From Candidatus Latescibacterota bacterium (GTDB taxonomy: Bacteria > Latescibacterota > UBA2968 > UBA8231), in assembly GCA_965217585.1 (NCBI GenBank), contig OZ244561.1, forward strand, positions 1,216,001 through 1,280,000: a stretch of DNA of 64,000 bases, in the 5' to 3' direction. The notes under the pieces were generated by a model. The model made no database searches, had not been told where the DNA came from, and saw only the letters and a program-made list of their open reading frames with translations. This document shows, one piece after another, positions 1-9,098 of this stretch. Numbering within the stretch: the stretch's first letter is position 1; the number at the start of each line of letters is the position of its first letter. Both the position numbers and the translations under genes were made by a program.

Positions 1-60
1 CCGACCGCGCAGCACTGGTAACCTCAGAAGCCGTCTCAAAATTCTAAGTGCGCTCTGATC

Positions 61-103
61 AATGTCATTTCACATCCGCGTTCATCTGCGTTCATCTGCG
101 GAT
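61..103. repeat. Short dispersed intergenic repeat (GCGTTCATCT-type), copy 1
   Basis: aatgtcatttcacatccgcgttcatctgcgttcatctgcggat matches 34712-34754 at 38/43; both copies lie just beyond gene 3' ends. Confidence 0.7.
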
Positions 104-135
104 TACCTTAGGAATGATTTAGGATTGCTATAGCT

Positions 136-1080
136 TCAGTACCCCTTGCACTTGTCAATCACACTCAGCAACGCCTCCCCTGCCAAGTAGCGCCGCAAAT
201 TCTCGCAAAACAACGCCACGCACCGACGGTCGCGGTTGGGCGACCCCCCGGCCGTATGCGGCGTGATCAGCACGTTGTCCATCCGCCACAGCGGGTGATC
301 CTCGGGCAGGGGCTCCTGCGGCACTACATCCAACCCCGCCCCGCCGATCTGCCCTTCGGCAAGCGCCGCTAGCAAGGCCTGCTCATCGACGATTTGCCCC
401 CGCGTGACATTGATCAACAGCGCGTGGCTCCGCATCCGCGCAAACGCCTCTTGGTCGAACAGCCCGGCAGTCTTCGCAGTCAGCGGCGCGCAAATCGCCA
501 CCACGTCAGATTGTTCCAACAGCGCGTGGAACTGATCCATCCCCCAGCAGGCTTCCACTTCTTCCGGCACGGCGACCTCCTCTGGATCCACCGCGATAAT
601 CCGCATCCCGAACGCGCTCGCCCGCTGCGCCAACTCCCTCCCAGTCCCCCCCAATCCCACAATGCCCATCGTCTGCTCAACCAGTTCCCACGACGCAGCG
701 CGAATCGGCCAGCGCCGATCCCAGTCCGGATAGCGCACCGCCGTGTGGATCCCCCGCGTCAGCCCGAGCAACAACGCCATCGCATGTTCGGCCAAATGCA
801 CCCCCACCCACCCCTTGGCGCTGCACAACACCACATCGCTCTCAACCAGTTCGGGGTACAGCACTCCATCTACCCCCGCCCCCCAACTCTGCATCCACTT
901 GAGCTTTTTCCGCCGCGCGAACATCTCCCGGCTGACATGCCCGCAGACGACCTCGATCTCCGGCATAACTTCCAAGGCCGCCGCATCCGAGTCCACGCGC
1001 ACCACTTCCACTTCCTCGGACACCTGCTGAATCTCCTCTATCAACTCCTCTGCTAAATCCATCCTCATCAAGACTTTCAT
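136..1080 (-). CDS. D-2-hydroxyacid dehydrogenase (SerA-like)
   Basis: GLGGTG Rossmann motif, LINVTRG, GLDV, TPHTAG; RBS aggagagg. Confidence 0.93.
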   Translation of the reverse strand: MKVLMRMDLAEELIEEIQQVSEEVEVVRVDSDAAALEVMPEIEVVCGHVSREMFARRKKLKWMQSWGAGVDGVLYPELVESDVVLCSAKGWVGVHLAEHAMALLLGLTRGIHTAVRYPDWDRRWPIRAASWELVEQTMGIVGLGGTGRELAQRASAFGMRIIAVDPEEVAVPEEVEACWGMDQFHALLEQSDVVAICAPLTAKTAGLFDQEAFARMRSHALLINVTRGQIVDEQALLAALAEGQIGGAGLDVVPQEPLPEDHPLWRMDNVLITPHTAGGSPNRDRRCVALFCENLRRYLAGEALLSVIDKCKGY

Positions 1081-1165
1081 ATCCTCTCCTCCTTGCGATT
1101 GTCCGTCCGCTGTGGTAGGCCCTATTATTTGACTTTCCCAATCTCACCAATCACGGAAGCAGGTC

Positions 1166-2680
1166 ATGCAAAACCACATCGTCAAGACCCACCCAGACGG
1201 TACCGTCCTCCCGCGCGAAGAGCAATTGGCTTGGAAGCTAGCCCAACTCGCCGCCCACAACCAAGCGTTCGACGCAGATGTCGCCGAGATGATTGGCAAT
1301 CGCGTCATCGACAACGCCGCAGTCGCCCTCGCCGCAATCAACCGCCCGCCGGTGCGCAACGCCCGCCTCCTCGCCCTTGGCTACCCCCATCCCCGCAACA
1401 GCGGCGCCCGCCTCTTTGGCGTGGCCAACGACCGCAGCTTCCACTGCGAGTGGGCCGCTCTCGCCAATGGCGTGGCCGTGCGCGAACTCGACATGCACGA
1501 CACCTACCTCGCCGCCGACTACTCGCATCCCGGCGACAACATCCCCGGCTTGCTCGCCGCCGCCCAGCAAACGGGTGCCAACGGCCACGCGCTAACCTTG
1601 GGCATCCTCACGGCCTATGAGGTACAGATGGCGCTGGTGACGGGCATTTGCCTGCACGAGCACAAAATCGACCACGTCGCCCACCTCGCCCCGGCCGTGG
1701 CCGCCGGGCTGGGGACCATGCTCCAGATGCCAGCCGCGCAAATCTACCAAGCCATCAACCAGAGCCTGCACCTAGCCTGCGCCACCCGCCAGTCGCGCAA
1801 AGGGGACATCACCTCGTGGAAGGCCTACGCCCCAGCCCAAGCCAACAAGATCGCCATTGAAGCTGTGGGCCGGGCGCGCCTCGGCGAGCGGGCACCGTCG
1901 CCCATCTACGAGGGCCGCGACGCAGTCATCGCCTACATGCTGTCCGGGCCGGACGCCGAATATCGCGTCCCCTTACCCGATCCCGGCGAGAACATGCGCG
2001 CCATCCTGCGCTCCTACACCAAGGAACACTCCGCCGAATACCAAGCCCAAGCCCTGATCGACCTCGGCTTCCGGCTACACGCCCATCATATAGACCTAGA
2101 CCAAGTGGAAGACGTCGTAATCCGCACCAGCCACCACACGCACTACGTGATCGGCACAGGGGCCAACGACCCGCAGAAAATGGATCCTGACGCCTCGCGC
2201 GAGACCCTCGACCACAGCGCCATGTACATCCTTGCTGTCGCCTCGGAGGACGGCGCTTGGCACCACGTGCATTCCTATACCTCAGAGCGCGCCCACCGCC
2301 CTTCGACCGTCGCGCTGTGGCACAAGATCCGCACCGCAGAAGTCGCCGAGTGGACCCAAGCCTATCACCATCCAGATCCCGACCATAAGAAGTTCGGCGC
2401 CCAAGTCGTGGTCCGCCTCGCCAACGGCACGCAGATCGCCGAACGCCTCGACAACCCCAATGCCCACTACCTCGGCGACCGGCCCTTTGCCCGGCCAGCC
2501 TATATCGACAAGCTAGCCGTATTGACCGAGGGACTCGTAGCACCGGTCGAGGTCGAGCGTTTTCTGGGGCTAGTGAATCGGTTGCCAGACCTGACGCCCG
2601 AGGAAGTGGGCCAGCTCAATCTCGTAGCGGCCGAGGGCATGTTGGAAGACGCCATCAGTTCCCGCATAGGCATTTTGTAG
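1166..2680 (+). CDS. prpD: MmgE/PrpD family 2-methylcitrate dehydratase
   Basis: RELDMHDTYLAADYSHPGDNIP, KIDHVAH, SWKA, KEHSAEYQ, ETLDHS motifs. Confidence 0.9.
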   Translation: MQNHIVKTHPDGTVLPREEQLAWKLAQLAAHNQAFDADVAEMIGNRVIDNAAVALAAINRPPVRNARLLALGYPHPRNSGARLFGVANDRSFHCEWAALANGVAVRELDMHDTYLAADYSHPGDNIPGLLAAAQQTGANGHALTLGILTAYEVQMALVTGICLHEHKIDHVAHLAPAVAAGLGTMLQMPAAQIYQAINQSLHLACATRQSRKGDITSWKAYAPAQANKIAIEAVGRARLGERAPSPIYEGRDAVIAYMLSGPDAEYRVPLPDPGENMRAILRSYTKEHSAEYQAQALIDLGFRLHAHHIDLDQVEDVVIRTSHHTHYVIGTGANDPQKMDPDASRETLDHSAMYILAVASEDGAWHHVHSYTSERAHRPSTVALWHKIRTAEVAEWTQAYHHPDPDHKKFGAQVVVRLANGTQIAERLDNPNAHYLGDRPFARPAYIDKLAVLTEGLVAPVEVERFLGLVNRLPDLTPEEVGQLNLVAAEGMLEDAISSRIGIL

Positions 2681-2684
2681 CCCA

Positions 2685-3989
2685 TCAAGCCCGGACGTCC
2701 GGCAAGTCTTCGCCTTCTGTGCGCGCCACCAGCGCCGTGACCACCAGATCGCCGGTCACATTGACGGTCGTGCGGCACATATCGAGCAGGCGATCAACGG
2801 CCAAGACGATGGCGATGGCTTCCACCGGCAGGCCGACCGCCGGCAGGATCAGCGCGATGGCGACGAAGCTGGAAGCGGGGATGCCCGCCACGCCGATCGA
2901 TGTGAGCAAGGCGAGCAATACGACGATCATCTGCTCCGCGATGCCAAAATCTACGCCCGACGCGAACGCGTACACTTGGGCGATGAACACCACCACCACG
3001 CACTCGTAGAGTGCCGTGCCGTCCATGTTCACCGTCGCCCCCAACGGCAGGACAAAGCTGGTCACGCGGTTGGAGATGCCGGCCTGTTCGGCGCTGTTGA
3101 TGGTCACCGGCAAGGTCGCCGAAGACGACGCGGTCGAAAACGCGGTTAATTGCGCGGGTGCGATCTTGGCGTAGTAGGCGTATGGACTGATGCCGGCAAC
3201 CAAGCGCAGCAGCAGCGGCAACCAGACGGCAAAATGCACTGCCAGCGCCAGCAATACGGTCAGGAAGAACAGGCCCAACGCTTCAAGCGCGGCAAAGCCG
3301 GAGATGAGCAGCGTCTTGCCCACCAGCGCAAACGCGCCAATGGGAGCGAACCGCATGATCCACATCGTGATCAGGATCATGAGGTCGTGCAAGCCGACCC
3401 AGAACTGCTGCAGGGTGTCGCCGGCCGGCCCGTTCAGCCGCGACATGAAATACCCGAACACCACCCCCACGAATACCAGCGCCAGCAGTTGAACCTCTAG
3501 CGCCGCCGCGAAGATATTGGACGGTATCGTGCGCTTGAGGACCTCGACCAGATCGCGTACGCCGCGCCCCTCTACCTTATCCATGACTTGCGCCGGGTCT
3601 GGCAGCGCCGCGCCCAGCGCCCGCGCCGATTCAGTCTCGCCGGGCGCTATGAGATTCACGAAAACAAGACCAGTGAAAGCCGACAGGAGTCCAGTACCCA
3701 CGTAAAAGGCCACCGTCTTCCCGCCAATGCGTCCAAAGGCGTTCTGGCTCGCCATGTTGCGGACGCCAACAATGATCGAAGACAGGATAAGCGGCACCAC
3801 GATCATCTTCAGCGCGTTGAGGAACAAGCTGCCGAAGAAGCCAAAAACTTCCACCAGCGACGCGCCGAACAGCGTCGTATGCTCGTCGCCCAGCCAGCCT
3901 ACCAATGCAGCGAGGGCGAGGGCCATGGCGATCTGCCAGTGCAACGGAATGCCGATAAACCTCGAAAGTGCGCTAAGCTGGTTCATCAT
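2685..3989 (-). CDS. Dicarboxylate/amino acid:cation symporter (DAACS, GltP-like)
   Basis: AFSTASSSATLP, LGATVNMDGTALYE, DRLLDMCRTTVNVTGD. Confidence 0.95.
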   Translation of the reverse strand: MMNQLSALSRFIGIPLHWQIAMALALAALVGWLGDEHTTLFGASLVEVFGFFGSLFLNALKMIVVPLILSSIIVGVRNMASQNAFGRIGGKTVAFYVGTGLLSAFTGLVFVNLIAPGETESARALGAALPDPAQVMDKVEGRGVRDLVEVLKRTIPSNIFAAALEVQLLALVFVGVVFGYFMSRLNGPAGDTLQQFWVGLHDLMILITMWIMRFAPIGAFALVGKTLLISGFAALEALGLFFLTVLLALAVHFAVWLPLLLRLVAGISPYAYYAKIAPAQLTAFSTASSSATLPVTINSAEQAGISNRVTSFVLPLGATVNMDGTALYECVVVVFIAQVYAFASGVDFGIAEQMIVVLLALLTSIGVAGIPASSFVAIALILPAVGLPVEAIAIVLAVDRLLDMCRTTVNVTGDLVVTALVARTEGEDLPDVRA

Positions 3990-4029
3990 TTATTTTTCCT
4001 TGTCAATGAGAGGAGAGAGGAGTTTAAAC

Positions 4030-4257
4030 ATGAAAACGCATAGAGAAATGCTTGACGAATGGATGAGAGAACCCGAATTCGTCGCTGAATACAACGCGCT
4101 TGCAGATGAATTCGCCCTCTTCGATGAAATGCTCAAAGCCAAAAAGAATGCGGGTTTAACTCAGGTCGATGTTGCCAAAAAGATGGGCACCGTCGTTCCA
4201 CACCGCAAAGGACAAGCCCCAGATGGTCCCCTCGGCAAAGCCGATCAACGCGTCTAA
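4030..4257 (+). pseudogene. Truncated XRE-family HTH antitoxin/regulator
   Basis: MKTHREMLDEWMREPEFVAEYNALADEF...AGLTQVDVAKKMGT stops before the recognition helix; the tail is foreign sequence similar to 6921-6986. Confidence 0.75.
4191..4256. repeat. 66-bp diverged direct copy of 6921-6986 (enolase-superfamily gene 3' fragment)
   Basis: 61/66 identical by manual alignment. Confidence 0.9.
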
Positions 4258-4267
4258 GGACAACACC

Positions 4268-5368
4268 ATGATCTACGACGGACACGCCTATTGCTTCCCG
4301 CCGCCGGGCCGCAACGGGGGCTTCGCCGACCCCGCCGAATTCTGGCGACACCTGCAACTGTTCATGGCCCAAGCCCGGCAGCAGCCCTGCTGGCGGCGCG
4401 CCGACCGCGTCCCGGCCGACGCCACGGGCCTCTACGACCCCGATCGCCCTTGGCGCTTCGATGGCCTGCGGGACGCCGCCTTCCGCACCGGGGACCACGG
4501 CCTCGTCGAGTGGACGGCGGACGGAGAGGACTACGTGAAGCAGGCCCTGCCGCCGTGGACGGTAGACTTCGCCTTCCCCGCCGACAGCCTAGTGGCGGAG
4601 ATGAACTACGCCGGCATCGACCGGGCGCTCCTGCACCGCACCCCGTACATGGGTCTCAACGACGGCTACATCGCCGACTGCTGCCAGCGCCACCCGGGGC
4701 GAATCCAAGGCCTAGCCCACGTGCCCGAATGGTGGTTCCCCAGCAGGACGGACGACGCCGTCGGCAAGCTGGAACGGGCAATTGGCGACCACGGCCTGTC
4801 GGGCCTGCAATTCATGCCCTTTCACCGGAGCCTCTACGACCTCTCCCCCGAGTGGACTGGGCCCGACTTCGACCCTTTGTGGGCGGCTGTGACCGAGCTG
4901 GGGATCCCCGTGTTCTTCACCCTCGGCGCAGCCGGATCGCCCGCTGCCTACCTCGACGAGTTGCGCGCGCTGCGCACCTGGATGGACCGCTTCCCCGACG
5001 TCGATGTGGTCATGACCCACGGCTTCCCCTGGCGGATGTTCGCCGACAGCGACCGGCTCCACGTGCCCGACGAGATTTACGAGGTGACGCCCAGCGGCCA
5101 CCCGCGCTTCCACATCCAGATCCTCTTCGCCGTGTTCCTGCAGTCGCGCTGGGACTACCCCATGCCACAGATGCGGCCCGTCCTAGAGAAAATGGTCGAA
5201 CGCATCGGTGCCGATCGCATCCTATGGGGGACGGACATCCCCATCGTGCTGCTGCACTGGACCTACCGCCAGAGCCTCGACTACGTGCGGCGCTACTGCC
5301 CGTTCCTCAGCGAATCCGAAATGGCGGCGATCCTAGGCGGCAACATGGAACGGCTCCTGGGGCGGTAG
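4268..5368 (+). CDS. Amidohydrolase family (Amidohydro_2)
   Basis: YDGHAY at N-terminus, VMTHG, ILWGTD, ILGGNMERLL; start moved to ATG 4268 after aagga. Confidence 0.88.
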   Translation: MIYDGHAYCFPPPGRNGGFADPAEFWRHLQLFMAQARQQPCWRRADRVPADATGLYDPDRPWRFDGLRDAAFRTGDHGLVEWTADGEDYVKQALPPWTVDFAFPADSLVAEMNYAGIDRALLHRTPYMGLNDGYIADCCQRHPGRIQGLAHVPEWWFPSRTDDAVGKLERAIGDHGLSGLQFMPFHRSLYDLSPEWTGPDFDPLWAAVTELGIPVFFTLGAAGSPAAYLDELRALRTWMDRFPDVDVVMTHGFPWRMFADSDRLHVPDEIYEVTPSGHPRFHIQILFAVFLQSRWDYPMPQMRPVLEKMVERIGADRILWGTDIPIVLLHWTYRQSLDYVRRYCPFLSESEMAAILGGNMERLLGR

Positions 5369-5407
5369 CCTACCTCGTTAGACGCTGCACAGGCAGATCC
5401 GCAGAAA

Positions 5408-6163
5408 TTACTTCAACAGCGTCAGCGGCCGACTCTCTTGGTAATTGCCCGCGGTAAACTGGTATATATAGGTGCCGCTGGCCACGGCTCGGCCACGGTT
5501 ATCGCGCCCGTTCCACTGCACCTCGTAGCGTCCCGCTTCCAACCGATCCTGCACCAAATCGCGGATCCTCTGTCCGGCTGCATTGTAAAGGGCCAGTTCC
5601 ACTAGCCCTTCGCTGCCCACCTCGTAGGCAATGGTCGTGTTGGCGTTGAAGGGGTTGGGATAATTCTGCGCCAACGCGTACCCGTCGGGCGTACTGCCAC
5701 TTTCTTCCTCCACCGCAGTGGCCGGACTACCGGGCAGGGTAATCTCCCACAAGCCGCGACCGCCACTCCACTCAATCACGTAGATTTTGTTGCCGATGAT
5801 CTCGGCGTCAATAGGGCCGCGAAAACCCTCGACAATCTGGGTCATGCGCGCCTGATAGTTATCTCCCACCTTCTCCAAATCCATGTGAATGAGGTCCTCA
5901 TCCGGGTCGTCGAAGGGGTTGATCAGGTTGCAGCAGTCCCCGCCGATGCGCTCGTCCTCGCCCTTGATCTGAATGCGGGAAATAGTCCCCGTAGCCGTGA
6001 GGGTGTACAGGCTATTGTCGCGCGGGTCCTTGGCAATGCGCATGGTCCGCCGGCTCACGTCGAGCAAGTGGCGGACTTGAACATCGTCGCGCAGGGGCCG
6101 GGGATCGGCACCGACAGTGCCTAGGGTCCAGCCGACTAGGACTATCCCGATAATTTTTCGCAA
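5408..6163 (-). CDS. Secreted protein with beta-propeller/sugar-dehydrogenase-like fragments and a T9SS-type/FlgD C-terminal domain; probably internally deleted
   Basis: TTG start after gaggag; signal peptide; QNYPNPFN...WNGRD...ASGTYIY tail; core too short for a full propeller. Confidence 0.6.
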   Translation of the reverse strand: MRKIIGIVLVGWTLGTVGADPRPLRDDVQVRHLLDVSRRTMRIAKDPRDNSLYTLTATGTISRIQIKGEDERIGGDCCNLINPFDDPDEDLIHMDLEKVGDNYQARMTQIVEGFRGPIDAEIIGNKIYVIEWSGGRGLWEITLPGSPATAVEEESGSTPDGYALAQNYPNPFNANTTIAYEVGSEGLVELALYNAAGQRIRDLVQDRLEAGRYEVQWNGRDNRGRAVASGTYIYQFTAGNYQESRPLTLLK

Positions 6164-6229
6164 TGTGAACGCTCCTCGCAGATGAGATGTATTGAATGCT
6201 AGCGCACCAGCACCAGTTTCCGGGCTGCC

Positions 6230-6850
6230 GAGATAGGGCCAATTCCACCAGGCCGGTCTCCCCAACCTGATAAACGATGGTGGTTTGGGCATTGAAAGGA
6301 TTGGGGAAGTTCTGCTCTAAACCAGCCTCTGCTGGTACAGTCGCCAGTCCTTCTATAGCAGTAGGCTGGTCCATACTGGCGATCCAGCGGCGGATGAGAT
6401 CGCTACCTTCCCAGTCAACCAAGGTGGAGGCCAGCGGCAGGCTTTCGTCGGTGGGGTCGGCCCACCGGAGGAAGCTCTCGTACTGCTCGCCGATATCCTC
6501 AGTGAACAGACCAATGTGGTTTAGGGTGCGCAATTGGTTGTCCACAATGCCACCGTAGTCGTACGAGCGATTCATCTGGGCCGTATTGAGTCCCAAGACA
6601 TAGCCAGCCGGTCCGGTATGACACAAGGCGCAATCTTCGGGTCCGGGATAGAAATGCACGTATTCGCGGAAGCCGTCTTCGGCTTGCGGGTCGGCGATGA
6701 GATAGGACTGGGTCGTCGCCTCTTCGAGCAATATCGCGTCCTTGCCCTCCAGATCCCACATATAGCTAAAACCGTCCCATGCATCGGCTTGACCGCGCTT
6801 GACCAAAAAGCGCGTCTCGACAATGTGCCGACTGTCCCACTTACCCGTTT
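6230..6850 (-). pseudogene. Fragment of SO2930-like c-type cytochrome with a broken T9SS-like tail
   Basis: VETRFLV, YMW, CALCH heme motif, DNQLRTLNHIGLF, QNFPNPFN; lacks N-terminus and tail degenerates; boundaries approximate. Confidence 0.65.
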
Positions 6851-6855
6851 CCAAC

Positions 6856-8073
6856 TCACTCCAACACCGACCCCTCCTCTTCCACCCGCCCGTACATGCG
6901 CTCAAATTCCTCGGACCCATCGTCGTGCCACACCGCAAAGGACAAGCCCCGAATGGTTCCCTCGGCAAAGCCGGTCAACGCGTCTAGCGGGGGGATGCTG
7001 GCCGTGTAGAGCACGTGCCCGTCCGGCAGGCACAGCTTGCCCAAGTGCCGAGGAATTTCCGCTGGGCCGCGCTGCGCCAAGCGCGCGATGACCGCTTCGT
7101 CCACCTCCACTCCGAGACCCGGCCCCTCGGGCACGGGCGAACAGCCTTCGACGATCTCAATGCGCTGACGGGCCGCATCCTCCTCGTACTGGTCGTCGAG
7201 ATTGATCGAATGGGCCGCCGTGGGCAGCACGGCTGCCAAGTGCAGCGCCAATGCCTTGGCCAAGGTGCCCCCGGTTAGCTGCACCACCACCTGCACATTG
7301 GCTTTGCCATAGGCCAAGCCGCGCACCAACGCGTCGCCAAACCCACCGCAATACTCGGCCACGATATACGCATCGGCCATCCTCTGCACGACCTCCTGCA
7401 ACCCGCCCAGCGGCGGCACGTGCATGACCAATGGCACGCCGCATTGGGCGCGGAGCCGCCGCCAGCCTTCTACATCGCTCAGCACCAAGGGATCCTCGAT
7501 ATAGCCCACTACGGGCGATTTTTCGAGCTGTTTGACGATAGGTAACACCGTGGCCAAGGTGCGGTTGGAATTGAAGTCGTACTGCATCTTGAAGCCGGGT
7601 GGCGCCACATCCTCTACCGCGCGATTTTGCTCAAACACGTCGTGGTGCTGGCAAGTGTGCATCTTGAATAGCCGATAGCCTTGGTCAGCGGCGCGGACGA
7701 TTTCGCGGCTCAGCTCTTCGGGATCGGCGGGCCGCGTCCAAGCCGCCACCGGCACGCGGTCGCGCACTTTGGGACCCATCAGCTTGTAGGCCGGCACTTC
7801 GAGGTACTGGCCCATTACGTCGTACAAGGCCCCGGCCAAACCGAGGTGGACATCGCTGCCCAAAAAGTCGAAGGGGCTGCGGCCGATGAGGCCCTCCACG
7901 CTCTGCGCGGACGGCGGCGTACAGCGGTACTCGCCCCAGCCCACCAAGCCGTTGTCAGTTTGCACCTTGAAGAAGGTGCGCTGGTCAATGGAGCGGAAGC
8001 GCACGGCGTGCTCGGCGTTGCGAGCGGCGAGCGGCACGTGTGCCGGAATGATGTCAACATCGGTAATTTTCAC
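6856..8073 (-). CDS. Mandelate racemase/muconate lactonizing enzyme (enolase superfamily)
   Basis: GLVGWGE, ALYDVMG...PAYKLMG, KMH, YDFN, IEDP, VPEGPGLGVEVD; GTG start after gaggag. Confidence 0.9.
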   Translation of the reverse strand: MKITDVDIIPAHVPLAARNAEHAVRFRSIDQRTFFKVQTDNGLVGWGEYRCTPPSAQSVEGLIGRSPFDFLGSDVHLGLAGALYDVMGQYLEVPAYKLMGPKVRDRVPVAAWTRPADPEELSREIVRAADQGYRLFKMHTCQHHDVFEQNRAVEDVAPPGFKMQYDFNSNRTLATVLPIVKQLEKSPVVGYIEDPLVLSDVEGWRRLRAQCGVPLVMHVPPLGGLQEVVQRMADAYIVAEYCGGFGDALVRGLAYGKANVQVVVQLTGGTLAKALALHLAAVLPTAAHSINLDDQYEEDAARQRIEIVEGCSPVPEGPGLGVEVDEAVIARLAQRGPAEIPRHLGKLCLPDGHVLYTASIPPLDALTGFAEGTIRGLSFAVWHDDGSEEFERMYGRVEEEGSVLE

Positions 8074-8188
8074 GGTTGTTCTCCTCGGCGCGTAAACAAG
8101 ATTGCGTTGGCAGCAAAAAATTGACGATCCTTCGCCTCCCATCTTAACTTACCCCATCCCACCCCCATCGCCAAAGACGGTCTAACCC

Positions 8189-9094
8189 ATGCCTTCTTAT
8201 ATATCCGCTTACGACACCGAAGCCGTGTACGCTTGGTGGGACGCGCCGACCGGGCCGGGCTACCAAGGCCGGATCAGCTACGAGGGAGAGCGGCTGGCCG
8301 AGTGCATCGCCGGCGTCCGGGCCGTGGCCCAAGTGCATCTAGAGCGGCAAGCGCCCGCTTCCTTTTTCATCGTCGCCGAGCTGTTGCAACGCGCCGCGCC
8401 CGAATTCCGCGCCATCCTCGACGAGCCCCTTTTCGACATCCAATGCCACTCGTTCACCCACAAAGACCTAATCGGTTTAGCCGATGACGACGACGCCTTA
8501 CAGCGCGAGTTAGTCGATTCAAAAAAACTGATCGAAGACACCTTTGCCCGTCCGGTAATCGGCTTGACCGCGCCCGGTGGCTACACCCGAGGTTTCATTG
8601 GCCAAGAGCGCATCCTCCACGTGATGTGGGAGGCTGGCTACCGCTATATGCGCACGGTGGGGGCCGGGCCGGACGGAACCATGCCCGCGCCGCTCAACCG
8701 GCCCTTCTGGTACGCCCGCGAGGGCTTTCCCGGCCTCCTCGAAATGCCCTCACACGCCTGGCACGACAACATCCTCACCGGGCAGCCGGGCAGGGTGCTG
8801 TGGCCGCCCAAATTCCCTTGGCCCTATCCGGCGCACATGCCCGTGGACGCCCAAGGCGTGTACGCAGCCTACGCCCCGGGCATCGACTATGTGCAACAAG
8901 CAAATATGCCCTACTACTTGCCCATCTTCCACCCTTGGTCCGTCTATCGCATCGATCGCCGCGCGCAGCAGCTCGACCTTCTCCTGCACCGTGCGCAAAC
9001 AGAAAACCTTCCCCGCATCTCCTGCACCCAGCAGTATGAACACGCCCTAGCGCATAAATCTCAAATCCCCAACGCCTCTCCAGACGACCTATAA
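8189..9094 (+). CDS. Polysaccharide deacetylase family protein
   Basis: AYDTE, HSFTH, APGG, FHPW (NodB-type motifs). Confidence 0.8.
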   Translation: MPSYISAYDTEAVYAWWDAPTGPGYQGRISYEGERLAECIAGVRAVAQVHLERQAPASFFIVAELLQRAAPEFRAILDEPLFDIQCHSFTHKDLIGLADDDDALQRELVDSKKLIEDTFARPVIGLTAPGGYTRGFIGQERILHVMWEAGYRYMRTVGAGPDGTMPAPLNRPFWYAREGFPGLLEMPSHAWHDNILTGQPGRVLWPPKFPWPYPAHMPVDAQGVYAAYAPGIDYVQQANMPYYLPIFHPWSVYRIDRRAQQLDLLLHRAQTENLPRISCTQQYEHALAHKSQIPNASPDDL

Positions 9095-9098
9095 GCCC

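Noticed and set aside
6143-6153. atcccgataa here and atccccgataa at ~29383 as array arms
   Set aside because: They lie inside a coding region and an IS end; likely chance matches.
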